A stretch of DNA of 64,000 bases from an uncultured Erysipelotrichaceae bacterium (GCA_902800645.1 CADCFC010000001.1:31985-95984), one strand, 5' to 3'; counted from the first letter of the stretch, positions 10,131 to 20,450 are shown. Program-made: numbers and translations. The notes: generated from the sequence alone by a model not told the origin.

Positions 10131-11499
10131 ATATGATAAATTGACCGCTAAATATCAAAAAGATCTCATGAAGTCTTTACAAGAATTCGTTTCTATCGAT
10201 TCTACTTATGATGAAAAAAGCGTATCTGAAAAAGACCCATTTGGTGTCGGTGTTTCTCGCGCCTTATGTTACATTTATGATCTTGCTAGTAAAGACAAAT
10301 TTGAGGTTGCTAATTACGACAACAAAATTGTTGAAATTAGTTATGGTAGTGGAAAAAAGAACTTAACTATTATGGCTCATGCTGACGTTGTTCCAGCAGG
10401 CACAGGATGGGATGAACCTCCCTTTAAAATGGTAGAGAAAAAAGGTGTTTTATATGGACGTGGTGTCGCCGATGATAAAGGGCCACTTCTTGCTGCATAT
10501 TATGCCTTAAAATCTTTAAGAGATAATGGAGATCTAGGAGGATATAAAATCAGATTCTTAGTTGGAGGAAACGAAGAAAGAGGCTCTTTATGCATGGAGC
10601 ATTATTTTAAAACTCTTAAAAAAGAGCAACCAACATTAGGCTTTTCTCCTGATAGTGATTTCCCATTAATTTACGCTGAAAAAGGAATTATAAATTTCGA
10701 AGTCAGTAAGAAAATTAAAATCCCAGGTTTAATTTCCATTAAAGGTGGCACTGCAAGTAACGCGGTCATTGAAAAATGCGAAGTTAAATTCGAACTAAAT
10801 AGTGATTTCCTTAACTTCATTATGGATAAATATCATCGTAATGAAGCAGCGATTAAAACCGCTGATGATATAACTACAGTATCTTTTTTAGGAAAAGCTG
10901 CTCATGGTGCTCTTCCTGAACTTGGAGTTAACGCTGGTTTATTAGCGATTTCTGCTATCGCTGATTACACCAAAAACCCAATGTTTGTTCAACTTAAAAA
11001 GCTTTATACAGCGCTTGACGGCACTGGGTTTAAGTGTGGTGGAAATAGTTACGACATGGGACATAATTCCAGTAACGTAGGATTAGTGTCTTACGATGGA
11101 GAAACATTATCTTTGACCTGTAACTTCCGTTATGTTGATACCTGTTCAAGAGATAAACTCATTGCCACTATCAAAGAAGTAAATAAGCCATTTACAGTAA
11201 AAATATTAGGAGAGAGTCCTCTCTTATTCTATTCAAAAGAATGTAGCTTAATTAAAACATTACTTGAATCCTATAGATTAGAAACTGGTGACTATCGTCA
11301 TGAACCTCTCGCAATTGGCGGAGGAACTTATGCTAAAGAGGCAGATAATGTCGTTGCCTTTGGCATGCAGTTCCCTGGTTGGGAAAGCAATATGCATTCT
11401 CCTGGAGAATCAGTTAGAAAAGAAGATTTATTTAAAGGAATGGCGGTTTACGCTAGAGCGATTATTGATTTAGGAAAATTACTTAAAGATGAGAACTAA
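10117..11499 (+). CDS. pepV: M20-family dipeptidase (PepV/Sapep-like)
   Basis: 460 aa with HADVVPAG...W..PPF, GRGVADDKGP and GGNEERG metal-ligand motifs typical of PepV-type dipeptidases. Confidence 0.75.
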   Translation: MKKTKYDKLTAKYQKDLMKSLQEFVSIDSTYDEKSVSEKDPFGVGVSRALCYIYDLASKDKFEVANYDNKIVEISYGSGKKNLTIMAHADVVPAGTGWDEPPFKMVEKKGVLYGRGVADDKGPLLAAYYALKSLRDNGDLGGYKIRFLVGGNEERGSLCMEHYFKTLKKEQPTLGFSPDSDFPLIYAEKGIINFEVSKKIKIPGLISIKGGTASNAVIEKCEVKFELNSDFLNFIMDKYHRNEAAIKTADDITTVSFLGKAAHGALPELGVNAGLLAISAIADYTKNPMFVQLKKLYTALDGTGFKCGGNSYDMGHNSSNVGLVSYDGETLSLTCNFRYVDTCSRDKLIATIKEVNKPFTVKILGESPLLFYSKECSLIKTLLESYRLETGDYRHEPLAIGGGTYAKEADNVVAFGMQFPGWESNMHSPGESVRKEDLFKGMAVYARAIIDLGKLLKDEN

Positions 11500-12094
11500 A
11501 TATAAGAGTTGGGCTAAACCTTATTTAGATGAACATCAAGAGATTAGCTTAACGGAAGAAGAGGTTAAAAAGTTAGATAACATCTATCTTGAAATCGGTT
11601 CTGGAAAAGGCGATTTCTTAATTTTGATGGCGAATAAATTTACTGATAAATTCTTTTTAGGCATTGAGAAAAATGTCACTTGTAGTGGCATCACTGCTAA
11701 AAAGATTGTGGAAGCTAAAGTTAATAACGCGAAGCTCATATATAATGACGCAATTAATGTTCTTCCTCTTCTTAAAGAAGGAAGTGTTAATACAATCTTT
11801 TTGAATTTTTCTGACCCTTGGCCAAAAAAGAGACATCATAAAAGAAGGCTTACAAGTGCAAATTTCTTACAGCAATATATTCGCGTTTTAAAAAAGGGAG
11901 GCCGTCTTATTTTTAAAACCGATAATCTTGAATTATTTAATGACTCTTTAGAGTATTTCACTTCTTCTCCATTTAAGCTTATTAGTATAACTAATAACTA
12001 TTTAGGTGAAGATGATTTTGACGCTAAAACAGAATATGAACACTATTTTAATTTAGAAGGCACACCAATTAACCGTGTGATATATGAAAAATGA
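11489..12094 (+). CDS. trmB: tRNA (guanine46-N7)-methyltransferase
   Basis: 201 aa with the LEIGSGKGDF SAM motif and the FSDPWPKKRHHKRRL signature. Confidence 0.85.
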   Translation: MRTKYKSWAKPYLDEHQEISLTEEEVKKLDNIYLEIGSGKGDFLILMANKFTDKFFLGIEKNVTCSGITAKKIVEAKVNNAKLIYNDAINVLPLLKEGSVNTIFLNFSDPWPKKRHHKRRLTSANFLQQYIRVLKKGGRLIFKTDNLELFNDSLEYFTSSPFKLISITNNYLGEDDFDAKTEYEHYFNLEGTPINRVIYEK

Positions 12095-12573
12095 TTAGTA
12101 ATTACGGAATATATAATAACCACGAACTTGATAATACTTTATTAATCTTATTTTCTGATAAGAAAAGTAACAAAGTTACTACATTATCAGAAGAGATGGA
12201 TGTTTTATATTTTAATGATGAATTAGTCGGATACCGCATCCGTAATTTTATTAAATACGCAAAGATTAAATATAGTGGGATTATCTTTCTTCCTGCTGAT
12301 CCTTTAATTGATGTTATTAATCTAATTCTTGAAAGATATAAATTAGAAGAACTTGCTTATAAAGTTGGTTCTGGTTATATCACTAAAGAAAACAAGGGTA
12401 AAATTGGAGTATATGCATTAAAAGGAACTTTTTTAAGAGACCAAAGTATTTCTTTAGGAAGATTCTGTACTTATTACGACTTATATATTGATAATGAAAA
12501 CGAACACGAATTAGTAAAGATTGATGATAAAGTAAATGAATTCATCGACTTCTTTATGGCGGAGGTTAAATAA
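12091..12573 (+). CDS. Hypothetical protein, possibly YtpR-like (DUF4479-type N-terminus)
   Basis: 160 aa. The N-terminus IYNNHELDNTLLILF resembles the YtpR start (FYNKEGVGDTLLISL). The gene is ATGA-coupled to trmB. The similarity is weak and recalled from memory. Confidence 0.35.
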   Translation: MISNYGIYNNHELDNTLLILFSDKKSNKVTTLSEEMDVLYFNDELVGYRIRNFIKYAKIKYSGIIFLPADPLIDVINLILERYKLEELAYKVGSGYITKENKGKIGVYALKGTFLRDQSISLGRFCTYYDLYIDNENEHELVKIDDKVNEFIDFFMAEVK

Positions 12574-13671
12574 ATGAACGAAGTAGAACTTAAAAAACAA
12601 GGAAAAATATCTCGTCTTACGAATAAGACATTCCAATTTGAAAAAGAATTAGGAACTGGATTTTATGCTGCTAATTACTTTTTAAAGAGCAATAGGATTG
12701 TAAAAGAACAAGCACCTAATCATATCGTTACCATGCAGTGGTTCCAAAGAAGAGACGATTCAATGCTTTGTGGAGTAGATGAAGCAATTGCTTTACTTCA
12801 TGAATATGCGATTCATCCAGAAGAACTCGTTATTGAAGCACTTAACGATGGCGACATCATTCAAAATATGGAACCAGTTTTAAAAGTTACTGGTAAATAT
12901 GAGAATTTTGGATTTTTAGAAAGCGTTATTGATGGTGTACTTGCAAGAAGAAGTAGTGTTGCCACTAATGTAAGAGAAGTTTTAAAAGTTAGTGGGGATA
13001 CACCGGTCTTTTCAATGGCTGATCGTCAAGACGATTATCACACTCAAGTTGGCGACGGCTATGCTACATATGTAGCAGGTATTAATAGAGTTAGCACTGA
13101 CGCTCAAGGATTATGGTGGGGAGGACATGGCATGGGTACTATGCCTCACGCTTTAATTCAAGTGTGTGGTGGAGATGTTATAAGAGCTGCAGAAATCTAC
13201 CATAAGACTTATCCTAACGAAAAGGTTACAGCATTAATTGATTATCACAATAATGTTGTCAGAGACTCTTTGGCTTTAGCAAGAGTATTAAAAGAAGATC
13301 TTAATGGTGTACGTATTGATACATCTAAGAGTCTAGTTGATCATTATTTCGATGATAAAGACACTAGCGGATTTGATCCTCATGGTGTGTGTAAAGAATT
13401 AGTCTTTGCTCTTAGAGAGGCCCTAGATAAAGAAGGCTTTAACTATGTTAAAATCATTGTCTCTTCTTCATTCTCTCCAGAAAAGATCAAAGAATGGAAA
13501 GCGTTAAACGTTCCTGTTGATATGTACGGGGTTGGTACTTATTTTGTTAACAATATGACATGTGGATTTACCGGCGATCTTGTGATGCTTGATGGGAAGC
13601 CACAAGCAAAAGAAGGCAGAGCGAACTATCCTTCCTCTCGACTTAAAAAAGTCCCTTATCCTATTTATTAA
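12574..13671 (+). CDS. Nicotinate phosphoribosyltransferase-family protein (short type)
   Basis: 365 aa with type II PRTase features (GMGTMPHALIQ, ALIDYHNN, RIDTSKSL). Confidence 0.7.
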   Translation: MNEVELKKQGKISRLTNKTFQFEKELGTGFYAANYFLKSNRIVKEQAPNHIVTMQWFQRRDDSMLCGVDEAIALLHEYAIHPEELVIEALNDGDIIQNMEPVLKVTGKYENFGFLESVIDGVLARRSSVATNVREVLKVSGDTPVFSMADRQDDYHTQVGDGYATYVAGINRVSTDAQGLWWGGHGMGTMPHALIQVCGGDVIRAAEIYHKTYPNEKVTALIDYHNNVVRDSLALARVLKEDLNGVRIDTSKSLVDHYFDDKDTSGFDPHGVCKELVFALREALDKEGFNYVKIIVSSSFSPEKIKEWKALNVPVDMYGVGTYFVNNMTCGFTGDLVMLDGKPQAKEGRANYPSSRLKKVPYPIY

Positions 13672-13681
13672 TATTAAAGAA

Positions 13682-13715
13682 AAGATTAGGTTCGATTTCC
13701 TAATCTTCTTTTTTT
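13682..13715. terminator. Bidirectional intrinsic terminator (NAPRT gene / tyrS)
   Basis: Hairpin with perfect 9-bp stem AAGATTAGG-ttcgattt-CCTAATCTT, followed by a T7 run and preceded by an A-rich run. Confidence 0.65.
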
Positions 13716-14910
13716 ATCGTGTGATTTTAAGGAACGTTTTCTTTCCTTTTTTAATTTTTATTGCTTCTTTTACATCGAAGACTTTATTAGGATCAGTGAC
13801 TTTTTCACCGTCAACTGAAACGCCGCCTTGTTCTATTAATCTTCTTGCTTCACTTTTAGAAGAACACAACCCACTGATAACAAGTAAATCAGTAATAGTG
13901 GCTTCTTTAACTTCTTCACTTAATTGATACGAAGGCATATTTTCATCATTACCAATTCCGGAAAATAAATTTCGTGCAGCTTGTAAGGATTTATTAGCTT
14001 CTTCTTCGCCATGAACTAACTTTGTTAGTTCGTAAGCAAGCATCTCTTTCTTTTCATTAATTCTTTCATCACCCCAAGAAGCAATTTCATCAATCTTTTC
14101 AAGTGGTATGAATGTTAATAACTTGAAGCACTTAATGACATCAGCGTCATCGATATTTCTCCAATATTGGAAGAATTCAAATGGAGTGGTTTTATTCGGA
14201 TCAAGCCATACCGCTCCATTAGCGGTTTTGCCCATTTTCTTTCCTTCACTGTTAAGGAGTAAAGTAATGGTCATCGCATAAGCGTCTTTACCGGTTTTCT
14301 TTCTAATTAATTCAGTACCAGCGAGCATATTGCTCCATTGGTCATCTCCACCGAATTGCATGTTACAGCCGTAATGTTGATTTAAATAATAGAAATCATA
14401 GGCTTGCATAATCATGTAATTGAATTCTAAGAAAGACAAGCCTCTTTCCATTCTTTGCTTGTAGCATTCCGCTCTTAGCATATTATTAACAGAGAAACAT
14501 GGACCAACATCTCTTAATAACTCAACATAGTTGAGCTTGAGTAGCCAATCTTTATTGTTTACAACTAAAGCATTATTAAAATCGATAAATCTGCTCATTT
14601 GCTTTTTAAATGCTTCAACATTTTTATCGATTTGTTCACTTGACATCATTTGTCTTAAATCACTTCTTCCAGAAGGATCTCCAACGTGACCAGTTCCTCC
14701 TCCAAGAAGAACGATTGGGGTATTGCCCGCCATTTGAAGTCTCTTCATTAAGCATAAGGCCATGAAGTGACCGACATGTAATGAATCAGCAGTAGGATCA
14801 AAGCCAATATAAAATTTCGCGTTCCCTTTGTTGATTAGTTCGCGTATTTCATTTTCATCAGTAACTTGAGCAATAAGATTTCTTGCTTGAAGTTCTTCGT
14901 ATATGCCCAT
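13714..14910 (-). CDS. tyrS: Tyrosyl-tRNA synthetase
   Basis: HIGH (SLHVGH), KMSKS-like (KKMGKT) and a C-terminal S4 domain. I moved the start to the ATG at 14910 (MGIYEELQARNLI), which has a GGAGG RBS 10 nt upstream. The 12 extra codons in the ORF track are unsupported. Confidence 0.9.
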   Translation of the reverse strand: MGIYEELQARNLIAQVTDENEIRELINKGNAKFYIGFDPTADSLHVGHFMALCLMKRLQMAGNTPIVLLGGGTGHVGDPSGRSDLRQMMSSEQIDKNVEAFKKQMSRFIDFNNALVVNNKDWLLKLNYVELLRDVGPCFSVNNMLRAECYKQRMERGLSFLEFNYMIMQAYDFYYLNQHYGCNMQFGGDDQWSNMLAGTELIRKKTGKDAYAMTITLLLNSEGKKMGKTANGAVWLDPNKTTPFEFFQYWRNIDDADVIKCFKLLTFIPLEKIDEIASWGDERINEKKEMLAYELTKLVHGEEEANKSLQAARNLFSGIGNDENMPSYQLSEEVKEATITDLLVISGLCSSKSEARRLIEQGGVSVDGEKVTDPNKVFDVKEAIKIKKGKKTFLKITR

Positions 14911-14936
14911 ATTTATGCTTCCTCCTACTATGTAGA

Positions 14937-14965
14937 AATATACCATAACTATATCTTAAAGTGAA
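14937..14965 (-). promoter_or_regulatory. Putative sigma-70 promoter of tyrS
   Basis: On the - strand: TTCACT, 17 nt, then (TGg)TATATT with an extended -10. It lies about 25 nt upstream of the tyrS ATG and leaves no room for a T-box leader. Confidence 0.4.
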
Positions 14966-14966
14966 C

Positions 14967-14993
14967 AAAAAAAGACCCGCAGTAGTGCGAGTC
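14967..14993 (-). terminator. Intrinsic terminator of rpsD
   Basis: On the - strand: GACTCGCACTACTGCGGGTC hairpin followed by T7, about 20 nt after the rpsD stop. Confidence 0.55.
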
Positions 14994-15012
14994 TAATTTT
15001 GTAATGCATGTA

Positions 15013-15618
15013 TTAGAGTTTACGGTTGTAGTATTCAACGATTTGTGACTCGGTGATTTGTTGAGTTAATTCGTTACGTTCTGGTTCTCTAATATAAGTA
15101 CCTTTTAAGTTAGCAGCATCAACTTCAACCCAGCCGACTTTAGTAGCGACTGATTCGATAGATTCTTTGATAACTTTCATGTCTTTGGCGTTTTCTCTAA
15201 CAGAGATTACGTCATTGAGGGAACATAAGTAACTTGGGACATCAACTTTTTTACCGTTAACTTCGATGTGGCCGTGATTGACGAGTTGTCTAGCACCTCT
15301 ACGAGTACGAGCGAAGCCCATACGGAAGACGAGGTTATCTAAACGGGATTCAAGTAATTTCATGAAGGCAAAACCAGTAACTTCTTTACTAGCTAAGGCG
15401 AGCATGAATAAACGTCTGAATTGTCTTTCATTGACACCATACATTTGTCTTAGTTTTTGCTTTTCAACTAATTGTTTACCATATTCGGATGGTTTCTTTT
15501 TACGAGAAGCACCGTGTTGGCCAGGACCATAAGGACGTTTTTGTAATTCCTTATTGGTTTCAAGAGTTGAAAAACCTAATCTACGACTTCTTTTCCAGTC
15601 TGATCCAGTATATCTCAT
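15013..15618 (-). CDS. rpsD: 30S ribosomal protein S4
   Basis: 201 aa, MRYTGSDWKRSRRLGFS..., with an S4 RNA-binding domain. Confidence 0.95.
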   Translation of the reverse strand: MRYTGSDWKRSRRLGFSTLETNKELQKRPYGPGQHGASRKKKPSEYGKQLVEKQKLRQMYGVNERQFRRLFMLALASKEVTGFAFMKLLESRLDNLVFRMGFARTRRGARQLVNHGHIEVNGKKVDVPSYLCSLNDVISVRENAKDMKVIKESIESVATKVGWVEVDAANLKGTYIREPERNELTQQITESQIVEYYNRKL

Positions 15619-15790
15619 GACTTTTTCTTCCTTTCCTTTATTTCTTTTGCAAAATAATGAATAGGCATAAACTCCTAACTCCGGATGTTTGATTATAGTT
15701 TCACCAATGTAGCTTAGGTTACTCCATTACAGCCGTATCAAACGTCGGTCGAGTAGTATTTATGTGCTGCATTACATGCAGTAATAAATA
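15619..15790 (-). promoter_or_regulatory. Possible structured rpsD 5' leader (S4 autoregulatory type) plus promoter
   Basis: A long untranslated stretch lies upstream of rpsD. It contains the hairpin CTGCAT-tac-ATGCAG (15767-15781), CCTAA...TTAGG pairing and locally higher GC. B. subtilis rpsD is known to be autoregulated through its leader. No homology was demonstrated here. Confidence 0.3.
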
Positions 15791-16031
15791 TATAGGAAAA
15801 TTATTTTTATGACAACAAAAAATTTTATTATTTTTTCTAGACCGATTTTTATTAGCAATTTTATAGTAATTTTTTATAGTCTAATATAACCTACTATTTC
15901 GTATTTTTGTCTTAGATTTCTTTCTTGTTATTTTCATTTAAAATTTGATTAAATCAAAAGAATTTAGGATATTTTAGTAAAAATCATTATAATAGATATG
16001 ATTAATCTAAGATTAAGGTGGAGGTATTAGT

Positions 16032-17747
16032 ATGATTCTTGCGATCTCTTCTGGCGCATTAATGGCAATCATCATTGTCGCATCAATCGTATTTATCGGT
16101 TTGATGTTACTACTTTATTTTTTGGTAATTTTGCCATTTAAATATCGTAAGTTAGTAAGTTCTTTAGAAAAACAATTTTCACATTGTGACGCCCTTTTAC
16201 TTGGACAAGTAACTCAATATATCCACCGCCTAGAAGTTATTAGTAGAACTAACCTCCTCTATTTATCAAAATATGAACAATTCCAAAGACGTTATAAATC
16301 TATCTATAACAATGAAGACAGCTATGCTGAATCTCTTTTAAAACAGTTAAAACAGCTCATTGCTAATAAGCAATATAAGAATATCAAATCTGTTATAGAC
16401 GAAGCTAAAAAGGCAATTGAGAGTCTTGAAGAATGTACAAAATCTTTAAATCATGACTTATATGAAGTCATTAAACTCGAAGAAGATTGCAGAAGATCTA
16501 TTGATCACTTACGTGAAGTCTATAGACACGTTAAACAAACCTATTATTCTGAGAGCACTGACCTTGAAATGGTGTCAGCAACATTTACTAAAATGTTCAA
16601 TAAAATTGACGCATCATTTGCTAAATTTGATGATTTATTAGAAGGCGCAGAATATGAAGAAATTAATAGTGGGGTTGAAAATTTAAATAACGTTTTAACC
16701 GCGCTTGGAAAAGTTCTGATTCAGCTTCCAAAACTTTGTAAACTTACAAAAACTGATATTCCTGAAGCTATTGTTCAACTTCAACAAAAATACAAAGACA
16801 CCGAAAAAGAAAACGTGCCTTTATATCACCTCGCCTTTAAAAACCATATCGAAGAATGGAAGAAAAAAGTCGCAGAGATTTCCAAGAGAATTATTAACCT
16901 TCAAGTTGGTGGCGTTAAATCCGAGTGTGAACTCATTTTATTAGAAGTTCAACAGATGAGTGAAAAGCTCGATGAAGAAGTTGCTGCTCGTGATTATTTT
17001 AGAGCAAACTATGACAAGGTTTATCAATCTGTTAATAATGTTGAAAAGATGTTTTTAAGAATATGCGGCATCATGCCAAAAATTAAAGATGTTTATTTAA
17101 TTACTCGCCAAGATGAGGAGAAAATTGAATCTTTATCTGAATCCGTTGATGAACTTGGCAATTCTAAAAGATTCCTTGATGGTTTTGTCCATAGCGGCAC
17201 TCGTCAACCATATTCATTATTAAAAAATAAACTTGATGAATTAGAAGCTAACTATTCAATCGTTTATAAAGGTGTTACCGATTTTGAAAATTATATCGAT
17301 TCATTGAAGAACACTGCTGAAGAAGCATATAACTTAATTTCTGTTTATTATTACCAAGTTAAAGAAGCAGAAAAAACTTTAGAAGAAATTGATATTGAAT
17401 CTTTATCTTCTTTATATAAAGAAAAGATTGAAGCGGTGTATGAAGTATTAAATGATATTCATAAAGAAGTTCAATCTAAACCTATAAATGTAGAAGAAGT
17501 TAACAATAAAATTGTTAATCTTAAAAATGTCGCCAATGCGATGTTTGAAGATATTGATAATAAAGCTAGATTAGCAAAACTAGCAGAGCGCACTTTAGTT
17601 GCTTTAAATAGTGATCGAGATGAGCAAGATGTAAATCAAACTGTAAAACAATTTGAAAGCGGATTCTATAAAGGTGAATTCCAAAGCGTCTATTCTCAAG
17701 CCAATTCTTTATATAAAAACCGCCACAGCGATAATGAAGCTAGATAA
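16032..17747 (+). CDS. ezrA: Septation ring formation regulator EzrA
   Basis: 571 aa with a single N-terminal TM helix, then about 540 aa of coiled-coil or spectrin-like repeats and a C-terminal FYKGEF patch. It sits between rpsD and the nifZ-thiI pair as in B. subtilis. A GGTGGAGG RBS is present. Confidence 0.7.
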   Translation: MILAISSGALMAIIIVASIVFIGLMLLLYFLVILPFKYRKLVSSLEKQFSHCDALLLGQVTQYIHRLEVISRTNLLYLSKYEQFQRRYKSIYNNEDSYAESLLKQLKQLIANKQYKNIKSVIDEAKKAIESLEECTKSLNHDLYEVIKLEEDCRRSIDHLREVYRHVKQTYYSESTDLEMVSATFTKMFNKIDASFAKFDDLLEGAEYEEINSGVENLNNVLTALGKVLIQLPKLCKLTKTDIPEAIVQLQQKYKDTEKENVPLYHLAFKNHIEEWKKKVAEISKRIINLQVGGVKSECELILLEVQQMSEKLDEEVAARDYFRANYDKVYQSVNNVEKMFLRICGIMPKIKDVYLITRQDEEKIESLSESVDELGNSKRFLDGFVHSGTRQPYSLLKNKLDELEANYSIVYKGVTDFENYIDSLKNTAEEAYNLISVYYYQVKEAEKTLEEIDIESLSSLYKEKIEAVYEVLNDIHKEVQSKPINVEEVNNKIVNLKNVANAMFEDIDNKARLAKLAERTLVALNSDRDEQDVNQTVKQFESGFYKGEFQSVYSQANSLYKNRHSDNEAR

Positions 17748-18882
17748 TATTATTTATTTTGATAACGCCTCTACTACACGAGTTGACCCTCGTGTTTTAG
17801 AGGTTTTTAATAACACTCATGAAACTTATTTTGCTAACCCTTCTTCAATTCATGGTGAAGGCCAGAAATCATTTTATCTATTTTCAAGAAGCAAAGAAGA
17901 AATCTTAAATTTGTTAAATTTAAAGGAAAGCGAAGTTATTTATCTTTCTGGCGCTACTGAAGCTAATAATTTAGCAATTAAAGGTAGTGCCTTAAGATAT
18001 AAAAATCGTGGTAACCATATCATTACTTCGCTTTATGAACACCCTTCTGTAATAGAGGCGATTGAACAGCTTAAAAAAGAATTTGGATTCTCAGTTACTT
18101 ATCTTTCTCCAAATAAAGAAGGAATCATTACTAGTGAAATGGTTGAAGAAGCTATAACTGATAAAACCATCTTGGTATCTATTATGGCGGTGAATAATGA
18201 AATTGGTGCGATTAATCCAATTAGTGATATTGCCTTAGCAATAAAAAAGTATCCAAAAGTTTTATTCCATGTTGACGCGTGTCAGGCAATTGGCAAATTA
18301 GAAAAAGAAATTGATTATAAAGATGTTGATTTATTGACCATATCCGCTCATAAGATTCATGGCTTAGTTGGATATGGTGCCTTAATTAAAAAGAAAAGAA
18401 TCGAACTTCTTCCTCTTAATAGTGGAGGTGGGCAAGAAAATGGCTATCGAAGTGGTACTGAAGATCTTGCTGGAGCATTAAGTTTAAAGAAAGCATTGGA
18501 GATTAGTCTAAAAGAGGAAAAAGAACATTATAGAATTGTTAATGAACTCGCAAATCGATTACTTTCTTATCTTAATGATAAGAATGATTTATTTGAGCTC
18601 AATTTGCCTTCTAAGATTAATCCTTATATCATTAACTTCTCTTCATTAACAAAAAAAGGAAGTGTTATTGTAGAAGCCTTATCAAATAATGGAATAATGG
18701 TTTCTTCAGTTAGTGCTTGTCATTCTTCAAAAGAAAAAGGAAGTTATGTTGTTAAATCTCTTGGTAAGAGTGATTTAGTGAGTAACAACACGATAAGAGT
18801 GTCTTTTGATTACACGAATACATTAGAGGAAGTAGATATATTTATATCTGCTCTTGATAAAATAATTGGAGAAATAAGATGA
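17734..18882 (+). CDS. Cysteine desulfurase (NifZ/IscS-like, ThiI partner)
   Basis: Class V aminotransferase with the PLP lysine in SAHKIHG and the active Cys in SSVSACHS. I set the start at the ATG at 17734 (MKLDNIIYFDNAST), which overlaps the ezrA end by 14 nt. The upstream part of the tracked ORF overlaps ezrA and is unlikely to be coding. Confidence 0.8.
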   Translation: MKLDNIIYFDNASTTRVDPRVLEVFNNTHETYFANPSSIHGEGQKSFYLFSRSKEEILNLLNLKESEVIYLSGATEANNLAIKGSALRYKNRGNHIITSLYEHPSVIEAIEQLKKEFGFSVTYLSPNKEGIITSEMVEEAITDKTILVSIMAVNNEIGAINPISDIALAIKKYPKVLFHVDACQAIGKLEKEIDYKDVDLLTISAHKIHGLVGYGALIKKKRIELLPLNSGGGQENGYRSGTEDLAGALSLKKALEISLKEEKEHYRIVNELANRLLSYLNDKNDLFELNLPSKINPYIINFSSLTKKGSVIVEALSNNGIMVSSVSACHSSKEKGSYVVKSLGKSDLVSNNTIRVSFDYTNTLEEVDIFISALDKIIGEIR

Positions 18883-20039
18883 TTAAATACGATTATATAA
18901 TGGTGAGATTTGGTGAACTCTCCACCAAAGGAAAGAACAAGAAAGATTTTATTTCTACTCTTTATTTAAATATCAAGCACGCTTTAAAAGAATTTAGCGA
19001 TATTAAGGTTGAGAGTAGATATGATCACATCTATATTCAACTCAATGATAATGATTACGAACCGATTGTATCTCGACTTCAAGATGTTAGTGGCATTCAA
19101 GGATTATCACTTGTTCATAAAACTGAAAACGATATAGAGAAAATTAAAGAAGACTCTTTAGCGTTAATCAAAACTGAAACTGGTAAGACATTTAAAGTCA
19201 AATGCAAAAGAAGCAATAAACGCTTCCCAATGATCAGCGATGATATAGTAAGAGCGGTTGCTCCTGTTATTTTAAGAAATACAGATTTAAAGGTTGATGT
19301 CCATAATCCTGATATCTTACTTCAGATTGAAGTAAGGGATGAAGGCACTTATATTTTCACTAATACTTTTAGTGGTGCGGGCGGATATCCTTTAGGCGTA
19401 GGCGGTAAATCCATGCATATGTTATCTGGAGGAATCGATTCTCCTGTTGCAGCTTATTTAATGATGAAAAGAGGAGTGACAATTGAATGTATTCATTTTG
19501 CTTCTCCTCCATACACTCAAGAAGCGGTTATTTATAAATTAGAAGACTTACTTCATAAATTAAATAGATATCAAGCTCGAATTAGATTAAATATTGTTCC
19601 ATTTACTAAGATTCAAGAAGCGATATATGATAACGCTCCTGAAAGTTACTGTATTACCTTAATGAGAAGAATGATGTATCGCTTAGCGGACAAATTATCT
19701 AAGAGAAGAAAGTGTCCGGTAATTAGTAGTGGAGAAAGTGTGGGACAAGTAGCAAGCCAAACCCTTCAATCAATTAATGTCATAAACGAAGTGACAAATG
19801 TTCCGGTGATTAGACCGTGCGCAACAATGGACAAAGTTGAGATAATTAATCTCAGCAAAAAAATCGATACCTATGAGATATCGATTAGACCATATGAAGA
19901 TTGTTGTACAATCTTTACTCCAAAGGCTCCTAAAACTTCTCCTAGATTAGATGAAGCAAAAGCGTTCGAAGAGAAATTTGATTATGAATCTTTAATTAAT
20001 GATGCTTTAAATAATATCGAAGTAAAAATAATCGAATAA
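18879..20039 (+). CDS. thiI: tRNA 4-thiouridine(8) synthase ThiI (no rhodanese domain)
   Basis: 386 aa with a THUMP-type N-terminus and the PP-loop SGGIDSPVA. This is the Bacillus-type short ThiI, paired with an upstream desulfurase. Confidence 0.9.
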   Translation: MIKYDYIMVRFGELSTKGKNKKDFISTLYLNIKHALKEFSDIKVESRYDHIYIQLNDNDYEPIVSRLQDVSGIQGLSLVHKTENDIEKIKEDSLALIKTETGKTFKVKCKRSNKRFPMISDDIVRAVAPVILRNTDLKVDVHNPDILLQIEVRDEGTYIFTNTFSGAGGYPLGVGGKSMHMLSGGIDSPVAAYLMMKRGVTIECIHFASPPYTQEAVIYKLEDLLHKLNRYQARIRLNIVPFTKIQEAIYDNAPESYCITLMRRMMYRLADKLSKRRKCPVISSGESVGQVASQTLQSINVINEVTNVPVIRPCATMDKVEIINLSKKIDTYEISIRPYEDCCTIFTPKAPKTSPRLDEAKAFEEKFDYESLINDALNNIEVKIIE

Positions 20040-20040
20040 A

Positions 20041-20066
20041 AAAACTGGATCGAATCCAGTTTTTCT
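20041..20066. terminator. Bidirectional intrinsic terminator (thiI / rplT)
   Basis: AAAA-ACTGGAT-cga-ATCCAGT-TTTTT: a perfect 7-bp stem with A and T runs on either side. Confidence 0.7.
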
Positions 20067-20083
20067 ATAATTAAATAATATAA

Positions 20084-20437
20084 TTATTTAACGTTTTTCT
20101 TTGCAGTTTTGACTAAATCCGCAAATGCGCTTGGATCATTAATTGCGAGTTCAGATAACATTTTTCTGTTAACTTGAATGTTAGCAACTTTTAATCCATA
20201 CATGAACTTGCTATAAGAAATATCATTCATTCTGCAAGCAGCGTTGATACGTCTGATCCAGAGTTTACGATAATCTCTTTTAACGGTTCTACGAGAGATG
20301 TATGCATAGCGTAAGCTGTGCATGACTTGTTCTTTCGCTGTTTTGTAGAGTAAGTGTTTACTTCCGAAGTAACCAGATGCTCTTTTGAGCATTTTCTTAC
20401 GTCTAGCGTGTGTAACTGTTCCGCCTTTAACTCTCAT
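20084..20437 (-). CDS. rplT: 50S ribosomal protein L20
   Basis: 117 aa, [25 protein letters not shown].... Confidence 0.95.
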   Translation of the reverse strand: MRVKGGTVTHARRKKMLKRASGYFGSKHLLYKTAKEQVMHSLRYAYISRRTVKRDYRKLWIRRINAACRMNDISYSKFMYGLKVANIQVNRKMLSELAINDPSAFADLVKTAKKNVK

Positions 20438-20450
20438 GATTACTTCCTCC

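Noticed and set aside
13589-13927. The 112-aa + strand ORF that spans the NAPRT 3' end, the terminator and the tyrS 3' end.
   Set aside because: It crosses a bidirectional terminator, is out of frame with the NAPRT gene and is antisense to tyrS. It is not credible as a gene.
17653-17733. N-terminal extensions of tracked ORFs: the desulfurase here, and likewise tyrS 14911-14946, thrS 23232-23249, fpg 28064-28102, nrnA 34841-34858, DUF523 37267-37305, pheS 38746-38787, mraZ 43752-43802, mutS2 55833-55883 and infC 21210-21239.
   Set aside because: The extra codons overlap upstream genes, terminators or operators and often begin at TTG. They precede the conserved protein N-termini, each of which has its own ATG with a better-placed RBS.
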